Assembly: GCA_902525575.1 (NCBI GenBank)
Contig: CABZHU010000001.1
Coordinates: forward strand, 51,376-115,375
Length of the DNA stretch: 64,000 bases
Direction of reading: 5' to 3'
Source: an uncultured Pelagibacteraceae bacterium
GTDB lineage: Bacteria > Pseudomonadota > Alphaproteobacteria > Pelagibacterales > AG-422-B15
In this document: piece by piece, positions 20,034-29,785 of the stretch
How the letters are laid out: the number at the start of each line of letters is the position of its first letter
Numbering within the stretch: the stretch's first letter is position 1
The notes under the pieces: generated by a model
Databases searched by the model: none
Told to the model about the DNA's origin: nothing
Seen by the model: the letters and a program-made list of their open reading frames with translations, nothing else
Program-made: the position numbers and the translations under genes

Positions 20034-21221
20034 TTAAGATCTATATCCTAATTGTCTTGCAGCTAAGTCATACATAATTTCTTCTGAACCGCCACCAATT
20101 GCATTAACTCTTACTTCTCTGTAGATCCTCTCAACCTTACCAGGACCACTGTTTGCTCTGAGGTATCCTGCACCGCCAAGAATTTGCATTGCTTCTCGCG
20201 CACACAATTCCATAGCCTTACTTGCATGAACTTTTAGCATAGCTAAATCTGCAATAGGACTTTCTCCATTCATGACTCTCCAAGATAATAATTCAGTCCA
20301 CGCTCGAGATGTTCTTACAACTCTATTCATTTCAACAAGTTTATGTTTGATAACTTGATTATCAATGAGTGGCTTACCAAAAGTTTTTCTTTCCTTGGCC
20401 CAGGCTACAGCTTCATCAATGCAGATTTGCGAATAAGCATTCATTCCAGCAGCCATACCAAGTCTTTCCTGACTAAAATTACCCATAACCCCAATCCAAC
20501 CACTATTTTCGCCACCTATTAAATTTTCAACAGGAACTTTGCAATCATCAAAATATAGAACAGCTGTATCAGAACTTAACCATCCCATTTTTTTAAGTGG
20601 AGTTTGGGTAAAGCCAGGAGTATCTTTTTCAATTACAAGCACAGAGATTCCTGAGGCTCCTTCACCACCGGTTCTTACTCCAACAACAAAAGTGTCTGCT
20701 CTCATACCACTTGTAATGAACATTTTTGAACCGTTAACTACAAAATGGTCATCCTTCCTCACAGCTTTCGTTTTTAAGCTCGCAACGTCAGAGCCACCTG
20801 AAGGTTCGGTCATTGCGAGGGCTGCTATTTTTTCACCTTTAACAACAGGTGGAATAAATTTTTCTTTTTGTTCTTCAGTTCCAAGAGATTGTATTAAAGG
20901 AATTGCAATATTATGTGAAAGTAGACTAGCAGAAACACCACCACACCCTTGAGCAAACTCTTCTGCTGTTACAATGCCATGGAATATATCAATACCTTCT
21001 GTGGTACCACCGTATTTTTCATCATAACCCATACCCATCAGACCAACCTCGGCGGCTTTTTTGTATAATTCTCGTGGGAATTCTCCTGCTTCTTCCCATT
21101 CCTCCACAAATGGCGCTATTTCTTTTGCTACAAACTTTCTAACTTCATCTCTCCAAGCGTAATGAGAGTCATTATAAAATAAAGGTTCTTTTCCTTCAGC
21201 TACTCCAACTTTTGGTATCAT
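20034..21221 (-). CDS. Acyl-CoA dehydrogenase
   Basis: 395 aa. Motifs AMTEPSGGSDV, QILGGAGY and REVRVNAIGGGSEEIM. Confidence 0.85.
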   Translation of the reverse strand: MIPKVGVAEGKEPLFYNDSHYAWRDEVRKFVAKEIAPFVEEWEEAGEFPRELYKKAAEVGLMGMGYDEKYGGTTEGIDIFHGIVTAEEFAQGCGGVSASLLSHNIAIPLIQSLGTEEQKEKFIPPVVKGEKIAALAMTEPSGGSDVASLKTKAVRKDDHFVVNGSKMFITSGMRADTFVVGVRTGGEGASGISVLVIEKDTPGFTQTPLKKMGWLSSDTAVLYFDDCKVPVENLIGGENSGWIGVMGNFSQERLGMAAGMNAYSQICIDEAVAWAKERKTFGKPLIDNQVIKHKLVEMNRVVRTSRAWTELLSWRVMNGESPIADLAMLKVHASKAMELCAREAMQILGGAGYLRANSGPGKVERIYREVRVNAIGGGSEEIMYDLAARQLGYRS

Positions 21222-22066
21222 GTTATTTCACTCACTCCGTTCTTAATCACAATTTTATCTCTCTCTTTTACTTTTGATTGATAGTAAACCTTACTACCGT
21301 CCTTCCACATCTCAGTAACAATTGTTTCACCAGGATATACAGGAGATGAAAAACGGCAATCAAATTTTTTTAATCTTTTTGAATCACCCTCACATACACT
21401 TTCTACGACTGAGCGACACGCTATGCCATACGTACACATGCCATGCAGAATGGGTTTTTCAAATCCTGCAGTCTTTGCAAAATTAGGGTCGGAGTGTAGC
21501 GGATTAAAGTCGCCTGATAGTCTAAATATTAAAGCTTGATCTGGCTTTGTTTTAATTTCATGAATGATATCTGGATTACCTTCCGGCTCAAATACTTCAC
21601 TTTTTGGAGATTCAGGACCTCCAAACCCTCCATCACCTCTCGCAAACGTGGTACTTACAAGTTTACAGATTTCAGTATTATCTTTTTTTAGGTTGATTGT
21701 AGTCTCCACATCTATTATCGCACCTTTACCGGCGCCTTTATCATAGCATCCTATTACTTTTGCATTAGAAATAAAATCTCCAGATACCGGCAGAGGATTT
21801 GAAAAAGACAGTTTTTGCTCACCATGCACTACTAAAATGAAATTTATATTAGCTTTTAAAAGTAGAGGTGAATGATATTGGAAGTTTGTAGCCATTGAAG
21901 GTAAAGCAACTTGTGAATTCTCATAAACATATTTTAACTCTGCCATATTCATTGGGTCATTACCTAGTCCAACTCCAAGGCTATAAAGAATTGAATCCTT
22001 ATCAGAGTAAGAAATTTCAACATTCTCAGATGTCATAGACATTATTTCATCATAATTAATAGGCAT
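21218..22066 (-). CDS. MaoC-like (R)-specific enoyl-CoA hydratase, double hot-dog
   Basis: 282 aa. The C-terminal half has LSGDFNPLHSDPNFAK...ILHGMCT, the hydratase-2 motif. Confidence 0.75.
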   Translation of the reverse strand: MPINYDEIMSMTSENVEISYSDKDSILYSLGVGLGNDPMNMAELKYVYENSQVALPSMATNFQYHSPLLLKANINFILVVHGEQKLSFSNPLPVSGDFISNAKVIGCYDKGAGKGAIIDVETTINLKKDNTEICKLVSTTFARGDGGFGGPESPKSEVFEPEGNPDIIHEIKTKPDQALIFRLSGDFNPLHSDPNFAKTAGFEKPILHGMCTYGIACRSVVESVCEGDSKRLKKFDCRFSSPVYPGETIVTEMWKDGSKVYYQSKVKERDKIVIKNGVSEIT

Positions 22067-22125
22067 TTTTTATGTATTTTAGTAAGTTTTAAATATATAT
22101 ATAGTTTATATAGTTCAAATATTTA

Positions 22126-22995
22126 ATGCGAGTAAAAAATATGTCTAAACCATTTGATGTCGAAATAAACAATTCTATAGCTCATATAAGGTTCAACAGG
22201 CCTGAGAAAAGAAACTCAATGAATGAGGATTTTTGGAATTTATTTCCTAAAGAAGTTGAAGATTTAGACAGTAGTGGTGAAATCAGAGCCTTGGTTGTTT
22301 CATCAACAGGTCCTCACTTTTCATCTGGCATAGATTTGAATATGTTTAAGGATGATGTAGTTGAAAACCAAAGTGAAAATGAACTTGGAAGAAGCAGAGG
22401 TTACTTCTTACAACAGCTACATTATTTACAGAACGCAGCTACTTGTTTGGAAACAGCTCGGTTTCCAGTAATAGCAGCTGTTCAAGGTGGATGTATTGGT
22501 GGAGGAATAGACTTAATCACTGCAGCTGATATTAGATTATGTACAAAAGATGCTTTCTTTTTAATAGAAGAAATTAATGTTGGACTTGCTGCAGACATTG
22601 GCACTATTCAAAGACTACCCAAAATTATTCCTGCTGGTATTGCGAGAGAATGGACAATGATGGGAGAGAAAGTTTCTGCGGATAGAGCAAAAGAGGTAGG
22701 ACTTGTAAGTTCTCTGCATGAAAATCATGAAGAAATGCTGGATAGTGCATTTAAAATTGCTGAAAGACTTGCTTCAAAAACACCTTTAGCTATGTGGGTT
22801 ACTAAAGAAGTTTTAAATTATTCTAGAGATCATTCGGTAAAAGAGGGATTAGATAATGTAGCATTATGGAATGCGGCGACCCTTCACAAAGAAGATGTGA
22901 TGAATACCATGATGGCAAAAATGCAAAAAAAAGATCCTGAATATAGGAACTTAAGGAATAAAAATTTCCTAAAACGTAAATCTGATAAGCAGTAA
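22126..22995 (+). CDS. Enoyl-CoA hydratase/isomerase (crotonase), dienoyl-CoA isomerase-like
   Basis: 289 aa. Motifs FSSGIDL and AAVQGGCIGGGIDLITAADIR. Confidence 0.8.
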   Translation: MRVKNMSKPFDVEINNSIAHIRFNRPEKRNSMNEDFWNLFPKEVEDLDSSGEIRALVVSSTGPHFSSGIDLNMFKDDVVENQSENELGRSRGYFLQQLHYLQNAATCLETARFPVIAAVQGGCIGGGIDLITAADIRLCTKDAFFLIEEINVGLAADIGTIQRLPKIIPAGIAREWTMMGEKVSADRAKEVGLVSSLHENHEEMLDSAFKIAERLASKTPLAMWVTKEVLNYSRDHSVKEGLDNVALWNAATLHKEDVMNTMMAKMQKKDPEYRNLRNKNFLKRKSDKQ

Positions 22996-23015
22996 ATCAG
23001 ATATAAAAAATTTAA

Positions 23016-23885
23016 ATGAGATTTAAAAAAGGAATTATTCTTGCCGCTGGTAAGGGAACTCGACTGTTTCCATCATCTGAAGCGGCATCAAAGCCTTTAC
23101 TACCTTTGTATGACAAGCCATTGCTTTATTATGCACTGTCCAATTTAATGCTTGCAGGCATTAGGGAAGTATTATTTATTTCACGTAAGCAGGATATGCC
23201 GAGTTTTAAAAAACTGTTTGGCACAGGTAATCAGTTAGGTATGCGTTTTAAATATTCTTTCCAGGCGAAACAGAAAGGCATTCCTGACGCAATAAATGTT
23301 GCTAATAAATTTATTACTCACCAGCCTTTTGTCCTATCCTTGGCGGACAATCTTTTCATTGGAGAAAGTTTTCAAAAAACACTAAAGCAAGTGCAATCAA
23401 TAAATTCGGGTGCTGCAGTCTTAGCCGTAAAAACCAAATATCCCTCAAAATCTGCAGTTATTGATCTTGGAAAAAAAGGGAAAATCAAATCAATTATTGA
23501 AAAACCAAAGAAACCCAAAAGTAATTTAACTATACCTGGATTATATTTTTATGACTTCAGGTCTAAATCGGCAGTTAGAAAACTTAAACCTTCTAAAAGA
23601 GGAGAGTTAGAAATCGTTGATGTACATCTTGCATATTTAGAGAAACAACTGCTCAATGTATTTCCACTCAAAAAAGATATAAAATGGTTTGATACAGGCG
23701 ATGCCGCCGAAATGCTTGAGGCTTCTAATTATGTTCAAAGATATCAAAAAAATAAAAAAACCCTAGTTGGCTCAATTGAATTAATTGCCCTAAAAAATGG
23801 CTGGATTTCAAAAAAGAAATTCAGTTTAATCATTAGTAAATATCCAAATTCGCAGTATAAAAAAAATCTTCAAAAGTTTAGTTAA
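23016..23885 (+). CDS. Sugar-1-phosphate nucleotidyltransferase, RmlA-like
   Basis: N-terminus GIILAAGKGTRLFPSSEAASKPLLPLYDKPLLYYALSNLMLAGIREVLFI closely resembles glucose-1-phosphate thymidylyltransferase. No rmlBCD genes are nearby. Confidence 0.7.
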   Translation: MRFKKGIILAAGKGTRLFPSSEAASKPLLPLYDKPLLYYALSNLMLAGIREVLFISRKQDMPSFKKLFGTGNQLGMRFKYSFQAKQKGIPDAINVANKFITHQPFVLSLADNLFIGESFQKTLKQVQSINSGAAVLAVKTKYPSKSAVIDLGKKGKIKSIIEKPKKPKSNLTIPGLYFYDFRSKSAVRKLKPSKRGELEIVDVHLAYLEKQLLNVFPLKKDIKWFDTGDAAEMLEASNYVQRYQKNKKTLVGSIELIALKNGWISKKKFSLIISKYPNSQYKKNLQKFS

Positions 23886-23887
23886 TA

Positions 23888-24385
23888 ATGGATCGAGAAG
23901 GTTTAATTGACTTACTCAATAAGAAATCTATTCGATTTAAATTAACTGAACACAAACCATTATTTACAGTGGAAGACTCAAAAAATTTAAGAGGTCAGAT
24001 CGAAGGAGCTCATTCAAAAAATCTCTTCTTAAAGGATAAAAAAGATAAATTTTATTTAGTTAGCTTCATAGAAGATATTGTTGCTGACCTTAAGAAAGCT
24101 GCAAATCCGCTAGGCTCAAAGAAACTATCATTTGCGAGAGAAGAATATCTTTTGCAATATTTAGGCATTAAGCCAGGATCTGTATCGCCGTTTGGATTAT
24201 TAAACGATTATGAAAAAAAAGTTAAATTCTTCTTTGACTCGGAATTTATGAACTTTGATATTGTTAATTTTCATCCGCTAGTTAATACTGCAACAGTTTC
24301 TATTGCACCAAGTGATCTGATTAATCTTATTGAAGAGCATCATTCAAAAGTAGAATTTATTAATATGCGTCAATTTCAAAAATAA
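23888..24385 (+). CDS. YbaK/ProX-type aminoacyl-tRNA deacylase domain protein
   Basis: 165 aa. HSKNLFLKDKK...PGSVSPFG is typical of YbaK/prolyl-tRNA-synthetase-associated domains. Confidence 0.65.
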   Translation: MDREGLIDLLNKKSIRFKLTEHKPLFTVEDSKNLRGQIEGAHSKNLFLKDKKDKFYLVSFIEDIVADLKKAANPLGSKKLSFAREEYLLQYLGIKPGSVSPFGLLNDYEKKVKFFFDSEFMNFDIVNFHPLVNTATVSIAPSDLINLIEEHHSKVEFINMRQFQK

Positions 24386-24386
24386 A

Positions 24387-24914
24387 ATGAAAAAAGCAAA
24401 ATTCATTAAAACAAAAAAAAGTATTGATACTAATGTATTTAAACTTCAGTTAGATGAAGTCATTTGGGTAAATGGTAGAAGAGCCACAAGAGATGTTATT
24501 CGCCATAATGGGATAACTGCTATAGTGCCAATTGTAGATAAGAAATATATTATCTTGATTAAGCAGTATAGGTATGGAGCTGACAAGATCATGTTAGAAG
24601 TGCCGGCAGGAACGATTGACCCTGGTGAAAAACCATTACAATGCGCAAAACGTGAATTAATTGAAGAAACTGGTTATCATGGAAAGCAATGGAGACTCAT
24701 AGGCAAATACTTTCCTACCCCAGCTTATAATACATGTGTTATTCATTCATATTTAACACATTGTTATCAACAAACAGAAACAAATTTTGATGATGACGAA
24801 GTCTTAGAAACAAAAATCTTCTCAGTAAGCGAAATAAAAAAAATGTTAAGAAGTAATAAGTTTTCCGATATTAAAACTTATATAAGCCTAGAGAGATTTA
24901 CTAAATATTATTGA
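24387..24914 (+). CDS. NUDIX hydrolase (ADP-ribose pyrophosphatase-like)
   Basis: Nudix box GTIDPGEKPLQCAKRELIEETG. Confidence 0.8.
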   Translation: MKKAKFIKTKKSIDTNVFKLQLDEVIWVNGRRATRDVIRHNGITAIVPIVDKKYIILIKQYRYGADKIMLEVPAGTIDPGEKPLQCAKRELIEETGYHGKQWRLIGKYFPTPAYNTCVIHSYLTHCYQQTETNFDDDEVLETKIFSVSEIKKMLRSNKFSDIKTYISLERFTKYY

Positions 24915-25345
24915 TTAAGTATTTTCCAGATACCTGAAGCTGACAAAATAATTTTATCTTTTGAAATCAAGTTTCCTTCTACAAATACAAGAGATTTTGT
25001 TGTTTTGGTAACTTTTCCATCACACTCAATAATGTCATCTTGTAGACCTGGGCTTACAAAATTACAATTTAAAGAGATAGTACTGCAAGGTTTCTTTCCG
25101 CACGCAGTAAACACCATTGAGCCTAAAAAAATATCTGCTAATGACATTGAGTATCCACCATGTGCAATTCCATGAGCATTCAAGTGTTTGTCTAAAATTT
25201 TTGTAATGAATTTAAAGTTTCCGTCATCTTCTTTTTTAAAATACATTGGTCCAATGAGTACATCAAAACCTGCATGCCACCCAAGTTTTTTATAACCTTC
25301 AGGAACCCAGTTAGGAAGAGACATTTCTGTTTTAAGCATTACCAT
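24908..25345 (-). CDS. PaaI/hot-dog fold acyl-CoA thioesterase
   Basis: 145 aa. LNAHGIAHGGYSMSLAD matches the PaaI-type thioesterase signature. Confidence 0.7.
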   Translation of the reverse strand: MVMLKTEMSLPNWVPEGYKKLGWHAGFDVLIGPMYFKKEDDGNFKFITKILDKHLNAHGIAHGGYSMSLADIFLGSMVFTACGKKPCSTISLNCNFVSPGLQDDIIECDGKVTKTTKSLVFVEGNLISKDKIILSASGIWKILNQ

Positions 25346-25535
25346 TTTAGATTCGTGTGTTATTAGGAATGCGATTTTTTAGCCTCGTAATTAAATCTGG
25401 TCAAGCATAATAAAGAAATTTATATGCCAAAATATAAGGCTATTTTAAGCGTCTTTGGATATATTAAATTTTAACTTTTTTTTTCATATAAAAAGTTTAT
25501 GTTACGTTTTTTAATATTTTCAGGGAAATAATCGT

Positions 25536-26717
25536 ATGAGAGAAGCTGCAATAATATCAACTGCCAGAACTGGTTTAGCAAAAGCTATGCGTGGTGGATT
25601 TAATAAAACTCATGGAATTACGATGGGTGGCCATACTGTAAAACATGCAATTGAGAGAGCAGGAATAGAATCTGGTGAAGTAGAAGATATTATATTTGGT
25701 TGCGGACAACCTGAAGCTGCAACTGGTCATAACATTGGAAGAAATGTAGCGATAGCCGGCGGATGTCCTGTTACTGTTCCCGGTACTACAATCAATAGAT
25801 TTTGCTCATCAGGACTTCAAAGTATTGCTGTTGCAGCTCAAAGAATTATTGTTGATGGCATCAAAGTTGCAATAGGTGGTGGAGTTGAGTCAATTTCAAT
25901 GACGCAGCAGAACTTAAATATGAAATACTTGATAGAGCCTGAATTGCAAAAAATCTGTCCTGCTTTATGGATGCCAATGATTAATACAGCAGATATTGTT
26001 GCTGATAGATACAAAGTAAGTAGGGAACAGCAAGATGAATATTCACTTCAAAGTCAACAGCGTACAGCTGAAGCGCAAAGTGCTGGAAAATTTACAGATG
26101 AAATCGTTCCTTTGAAAACAAAAATGGACGTTATGAACAAAGAAACAAAAGAAGTTACTGAGCAAGAAGTAACAGTTGATAAAGATGAGTGTAACAGACC
26201 TCAGACAACTTTAGAAAGTTTAGCTGGACTCATGCCAGTCATGGGACCTGATAAATACGTTACTGCAGGTAACGCAAGTCAGTTATCTGATGGAGCATCA
26301 TCGTGTGTCTTAATGGATTTAAAACAAGCAGAAAAAAGAAACATTGAACCAATGGGAATTTTTAGAGGATTGTCAGTCGCAGCTTGCGAACCGGATGAAA
26401 TGGGTATTGGTCCAGTTTTTGCTGTGCCAAAATTGTTAGAACAACACGGCCTATCCGTTGATGATATTGACATTTGGGAACTAAATGAAGCTTTTGCTGT
26501 TCAAGTCTTATATTGCCGTGATAAACTTGGAATCGATAACGAGAAGCTGAATGTTAATGGTGGTTCAATCTCAATTGGTCACCCATACGGTATGACAGGT
26601 TCACGTATGACAGGTCATATTTTAATAGAGGGCAAAAGAAGAAATGCAAAATACGGTGTCGTCACAATGTGCGTTGGCGGTGGAATGGGAGCGGCAGGAC
26701 TTTTTGAAATTTTATGA
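25536..26717 (+). CDS. Acetyl-CoA C-acyltransferase (thiolase)
   Basis: 393 aa. Active-site Cys context NRFCSSGLQ, C-terminal NVNGGSISIGHPYGMTG and CVGGGMG. Confidence 0.9.
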   Translation: MREAAIISTARTGLAKAMRGGFNKTHGITMGGHTVKHAIERAGIESGEVEDIIFGCGQPEAATGHNIGRNVAIAGGCPVTVPGTTINRFCSSGLQSIAVAAQRIIVDGIKVAIGGGVESISMTQQNLNMKYLIEPELQKICPALWMPMINTADIVADRYKVSREQQDEYSLQSQQRTAEAQSAGKFTDEIVPLKTKMDVMNKETKEVTEQEVTVDKDECNRPQTTLESLAGLMPVMGPDKYVTAGNASQLSDGASSCVLMDLKQAEKRNIEPMGIFRGLSVAACEPDEMGIGPVFAVPKLLEQHGLSVDDIDIWELNEAFAVQVLYCRDKLGIDNEKLNVNGGSISIGHPYGMTGSRMTGHILIEGKRRNAKYGVVTMCVGGGMGAAGLFEIL

Positions 26718-27085
26718 TTGATACGATAAAATACATTGAGAAAATTGCTTTAGTAATAATTATTTTTGCGACAGTTATTGCTATTGGCTATGAGATTTTC
26801 GCAATGTATGAGAAATCGCTTGTTGAATTGGCTGATCTATTGTTACTATTTATATACTTAGAAGTTATTCAAATGATCAGGGAGTATTGGACGCTCAATA
26901 GGATCAGAATAAGCATTCCATTGTTTATTGCAATTACTGCTGTAGCTAGATTAATTATACTTCAGGGCAAGACAATGGATCCTAGCATGTTGTTATATGA
27001 AGGTGGTGCAATATTGCTCATAGCAATCGCAGTTCTTATTCTAAAAGCGAGAAAACTAAAGATGTTTTCCGATGTTGAAGATTAA
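26714..27085 (+). CDS. Small integral membrane protein (PsiE-like, tentative)
   Basis: 123 aa, 4 predicted TM, 4-nt overlap with the thiolase gene. The family call is a weak recollection. Confidence 0.4.
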   Translation: MIDTIKYIEKIALVIIIFATVIAIGYEIFAMYEKSLVELADLLLLFIYLEVIQMIREYWTLNRIRISIPLFIAITAVARLIILQGKTMDPSMLLYEGGAILLIAIAVLILKARKLKMFSDVED

Positions 27086-27503
27086 AATATTTAGCTATTT
27101 TCAAATACTCATTTTATCTTTCTTCATTCAAAGTGGAGCAAATGCTCTTACTGCTTTTGACGAAGAACAAATAATATCAGTAGTAAGTGCACAGTTGCAG
27201 GCATTTCAAGATGATGATTTTGAAAAAGCGTATTCATATGCGTCACCAACAATTAAAACTATTTTTCCTGATTATAAAAAATTTAGAGATATGGTGGTGG
27301 GTCAGTATCAAGCTGTTTATAGACCAAAAAGTATAAACTTTGGAAATGTTACAATCCAAGGGGGGACCACTTTTCTTGAGGTATATTTAGTTGATCCCGA
27401 TGGCATATTTGTAACCGCAATTTATACAATGCAGCAGCAAGAAGATGATAGTTGGCTTATAAATGGATGTTTTCTCAATCAAGCTAAAAGTGATCAGATT
27501 TAA
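27072..27503 (+). CDS. DUF4864-like secreted protein
   Basis: Signal peptide followed by QLQAFQDDDFEKAYSYASPTIKTIFPDYKKFRDMV, which resembles the DUF4864 (NTF2-like) signature as I recall it. Confidence 0.5.
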   Translation: MLKIKIFSYFQILILSFFIQSGANALTAFDEEQIISVVSAQLQAFQDDDFEKAYSYASPTIKTIFPDYKKFRDMVVGQYQAVYRPKSINFGNVTIQGGTTFLEVYLVDPDGIFVTAIYTMQQQEDDSWLINGCFLNQAKSDQI

Positions 27504-28748
27504 TTATGAAGATTTTTCTATAATCTCTTGATAAAATTTTAAACTTTTTTTACTTTTTCTCACAAGAGTTTCTCTGTCAACTTCTATGAGTCCAAATCTT
27601 GGTTTATATCCATACAACCATTCAAAATTATCGAGGAATGACCAATAATAATAACCTCTAATATCTAATCCATCGTCAATACACCGCTGAAGTCCCTCCA
27701 AAGCAGTTTTTACATAACTTATTCTTTGCTCATCATCATCGGTACCGATTCCATTTTCAGTAACAATCATCGGACAATTAATTTTAGGTGCTACATATCT
27801 CAAGACATTTTCAAGTGATTCTGGATAGTATTCATACCCCATCACGAGCATGGTTGATTCATTTGTATTAGGTTTCAAAATTCCCTCAGGGCCATATGTA
27901 TGACGTGTGTATGTTTGTATGCCTATAAAGTCGTCATTTTTTACCTGATCTAAGCATATATCTACTGACTCAGCATGAGCCTTATCTCTCATTGCTTCCC
28001 CACCATCAATACATTGGTAATCCATAATTGAAAGTGTTATTCCAACTGGTTGATTTTTATTTAAGTTACCTTTGATAACTGAAAATGACTTTACGTGAGC
28101 TTCCATCATGCAATCTCTTATTTTAAATGGATGTCCAAACAAAAAAGGTCCAAAGTTTTCAAGGTTTGAACCACATGATTTTGCTGCTTCACTAACAAAA
28201 GGCATAATCGTTTTCATCCCACCCTCTGGGTAGCTAGGAAAACTATGAGCAAAACAAGAGGTTAGGTTTGCCTCATTAATAGTGCATACTGTATCCATGT
28301 AATCGTCCAATTCTTTTGACACTTTTTCTGAGTATCGAACAAACAAATCGACATTATCTTGATTTTCCCAACCGCCTCTTGCAGTAAACCACAGTGGTGA
28401 TGTAAAGTGTTGAAAGGTCACACAAGTCTTCAAGCCTTTCTTTCGACAATAATCTAGAACTTTTTTGTAGTGATCTATTGCCTCTTGAGAAAATTGACCT
28501 TCACTGATTTCAATTCGAGCCCATTCAACTGATAAGCGATAAGCTTGGATGGAATGATCAGCCATAATGTCGATATCTTCTTCATATTTATTCCATTGAT
28601 CACAAGCAATACCTGAAGGTTCTGCAAACGTCGTATCTTTAGTATGCTCTAAGTGCCAAAAATCTGAATTAGTATTGTTGCCTTCAACTTGGTGTGCTGC
28701 AGTTGCAGTACCCCATATAAAATCTCTAGGTAAATTTTTTAAAATCAT
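27504..28748 (-). CDS. Glycoside hydrolase family 1 (beta-glucosidase/beta-galactosidase)
   Basis: 414 aa. N-terminal FIWGTATAAHQVEG, acid/base TINEAN, nucleophile IVTENGIG, and C-terminal WSFLDNFEW. Confidence 0.85.
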   Translation of the reverse strand: MILKNLPRDFIWGTATAAHQVEGNNTNSDFWHLEHTKDTTFAEPSGIACDQWNKYEEDIDIMADHSIQAYRLSVEWARIEISEGQFSQEAIDHYKKVLDYCRKKGLKTCVTFQHFTSPLWFTARGGWENQDNVDLFVRYSEKVSKELDDYMDTVCTINEANLTSCFAHSFPSYPEGGMKTIMPFVSEAAKSCGSNLENFGPFLFGHPFKIRDCMMEAHVKSFSVIKGNLNKNQPVGITLSIMDYQCIDGGEAMRDKAHAESVDICLDQVKNDDFIGIQTYTRHTYGPEGILKPNTNESTMLVMGYEYYPESLENVLRYVAPKINCPMIVTENGIGTDDDEQRISYVKTALEGLQRCIDDGLDIRGYYYWSFLDNFEWLYGYKPRFGLIEVDRETLVRKSKKSLKFYQEIIEKSS

Positions 28749-29776
28749 ACAAATTTTGCCTTATTATAATTCTCTAATATCATTTTTTTGAATTCTTCTA
28801 CTTTATCATTTTTCACCAGTGTTACAACTGCACCTCCAAAACCTGCCCCCGTCAACTTTGATCCCAATGCGCCAAAAGAATTAGACAGGTTGACTAATGT
28901 ATTCAATTCATCTGTTGAGACACCATAATACTCTGATAAAGATGAGTGACTTTCTGTCATCAGTTTCCCAAATTCTTTGGGATTATCATCTTTAAGGAAC
29001 TGAACAGCTTTTTTTACTCTTTTATTTTCCTCTACAACATGTCTACATACTTTAATTTCTTCACTAGATAATAATTGAATATCATTTTCGCTTATAATCT
29101 CTTTTTCACACAGATTTTTTAAATTCATCTTCTTTGCTGCACTAAGGCACAACTCTTTTTTTTGATTAAACTCACTGCTTGATAAAATTCTTTCAGTATT
29201 ACTATCAATAATTAGAAAATTATAATCATCAAAAATATTAACTAATTCGTAAGATCTACTAAGAGTATTTAGGTATAAAGCCTGATTGTGATTACCTAAT
29301 ACAGAAACAAATTGATCCATTATGCCACCACCAACTCCCACAAAACTATTTTCAATGTCATATGCTAAATCGATTAGTTCATCATCAGACATATTTGTTT
29401 TATAAAAATTGTTAAGAGCCTTTAATGTGCTTACCGTTATTGCAGCTGAGGACGAGAGTCCGATTCCTAATGGAAGGGTACTGCTTATATTAAAAGACAG
29501 CTCTTTAATTACTATTGAATATTTTTCTCCAAAGAATAGGCATGAACCAATAATAAAATCTGCCCAATCATCTCTTTTCTCCAATTTTTCAATTGATAAT
29601 TTTATTTGATATTTGTCTGAGATTATAGAAACACATTCAATTTCAGAGTTCTCACTTAATTCGCAGATTATTGAGTTTTTTATCTGTAAAGGTAATACAC
29701 ATCCCCCATTATAGTCTAAATGTTCACCAATTAAGTTTACTCTCCCATAGCCTTCACCAACTGAGACTGCTTTCAT
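28745..29776 (-). CDS. galK: Galactokinase-like GHMP sugar-1-kinase
   Basis: Galactokinase signature GRVNLIGEHLDYNGG, GHMP ATP motif PLGIGLSSSAA, and C-terminal TGAGFGG. At 343 aa it is shorter than E. coli GalK. Confidence 0.75.
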   Translation of the reverse strand: MKAVSVGEGYGRVNLIGEHLDYNGGCVLPLQIKNSIICELSENSEIECVSIISDKYQIKLSIEKLEKRDDWADFIIGSCLFFGEKYSIVIKELSFNISSTLPLGIGLSSSAAITVSTLKALNNFYKTNMSDDELIDLAYDIENSFVGVGGGIMDQFVSVLGNHNQALYLNTLSRSYELVNIFDDYNFLIIDSNTERILSSSEFNQKKELCLSAAKKMNLKNLCEKEIISENDIQLLSSEEIKVCRHVVEENKRVKKAVQFLKDDNPKEFGKLMTESHSSLSEYYGVSTDELNTLVNLSNSFGALGSKLTGAGFGGAVVTLVKNDKVEEFKKMILENYNKAKFV

Positions 29777-29785
29777 AATTTAATC

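Noticed and set aside
25473-25497. The inverted repeat AACTTTTT-N9-AAAAAGTT upstream of the thiolase gene as a FadR/TetR operator or hairpin.
   Set aside because: The arms are almost entirely A/T homopolymer runs. Such symmetry is expected by chance in this composition and would form a very weak hairpin.
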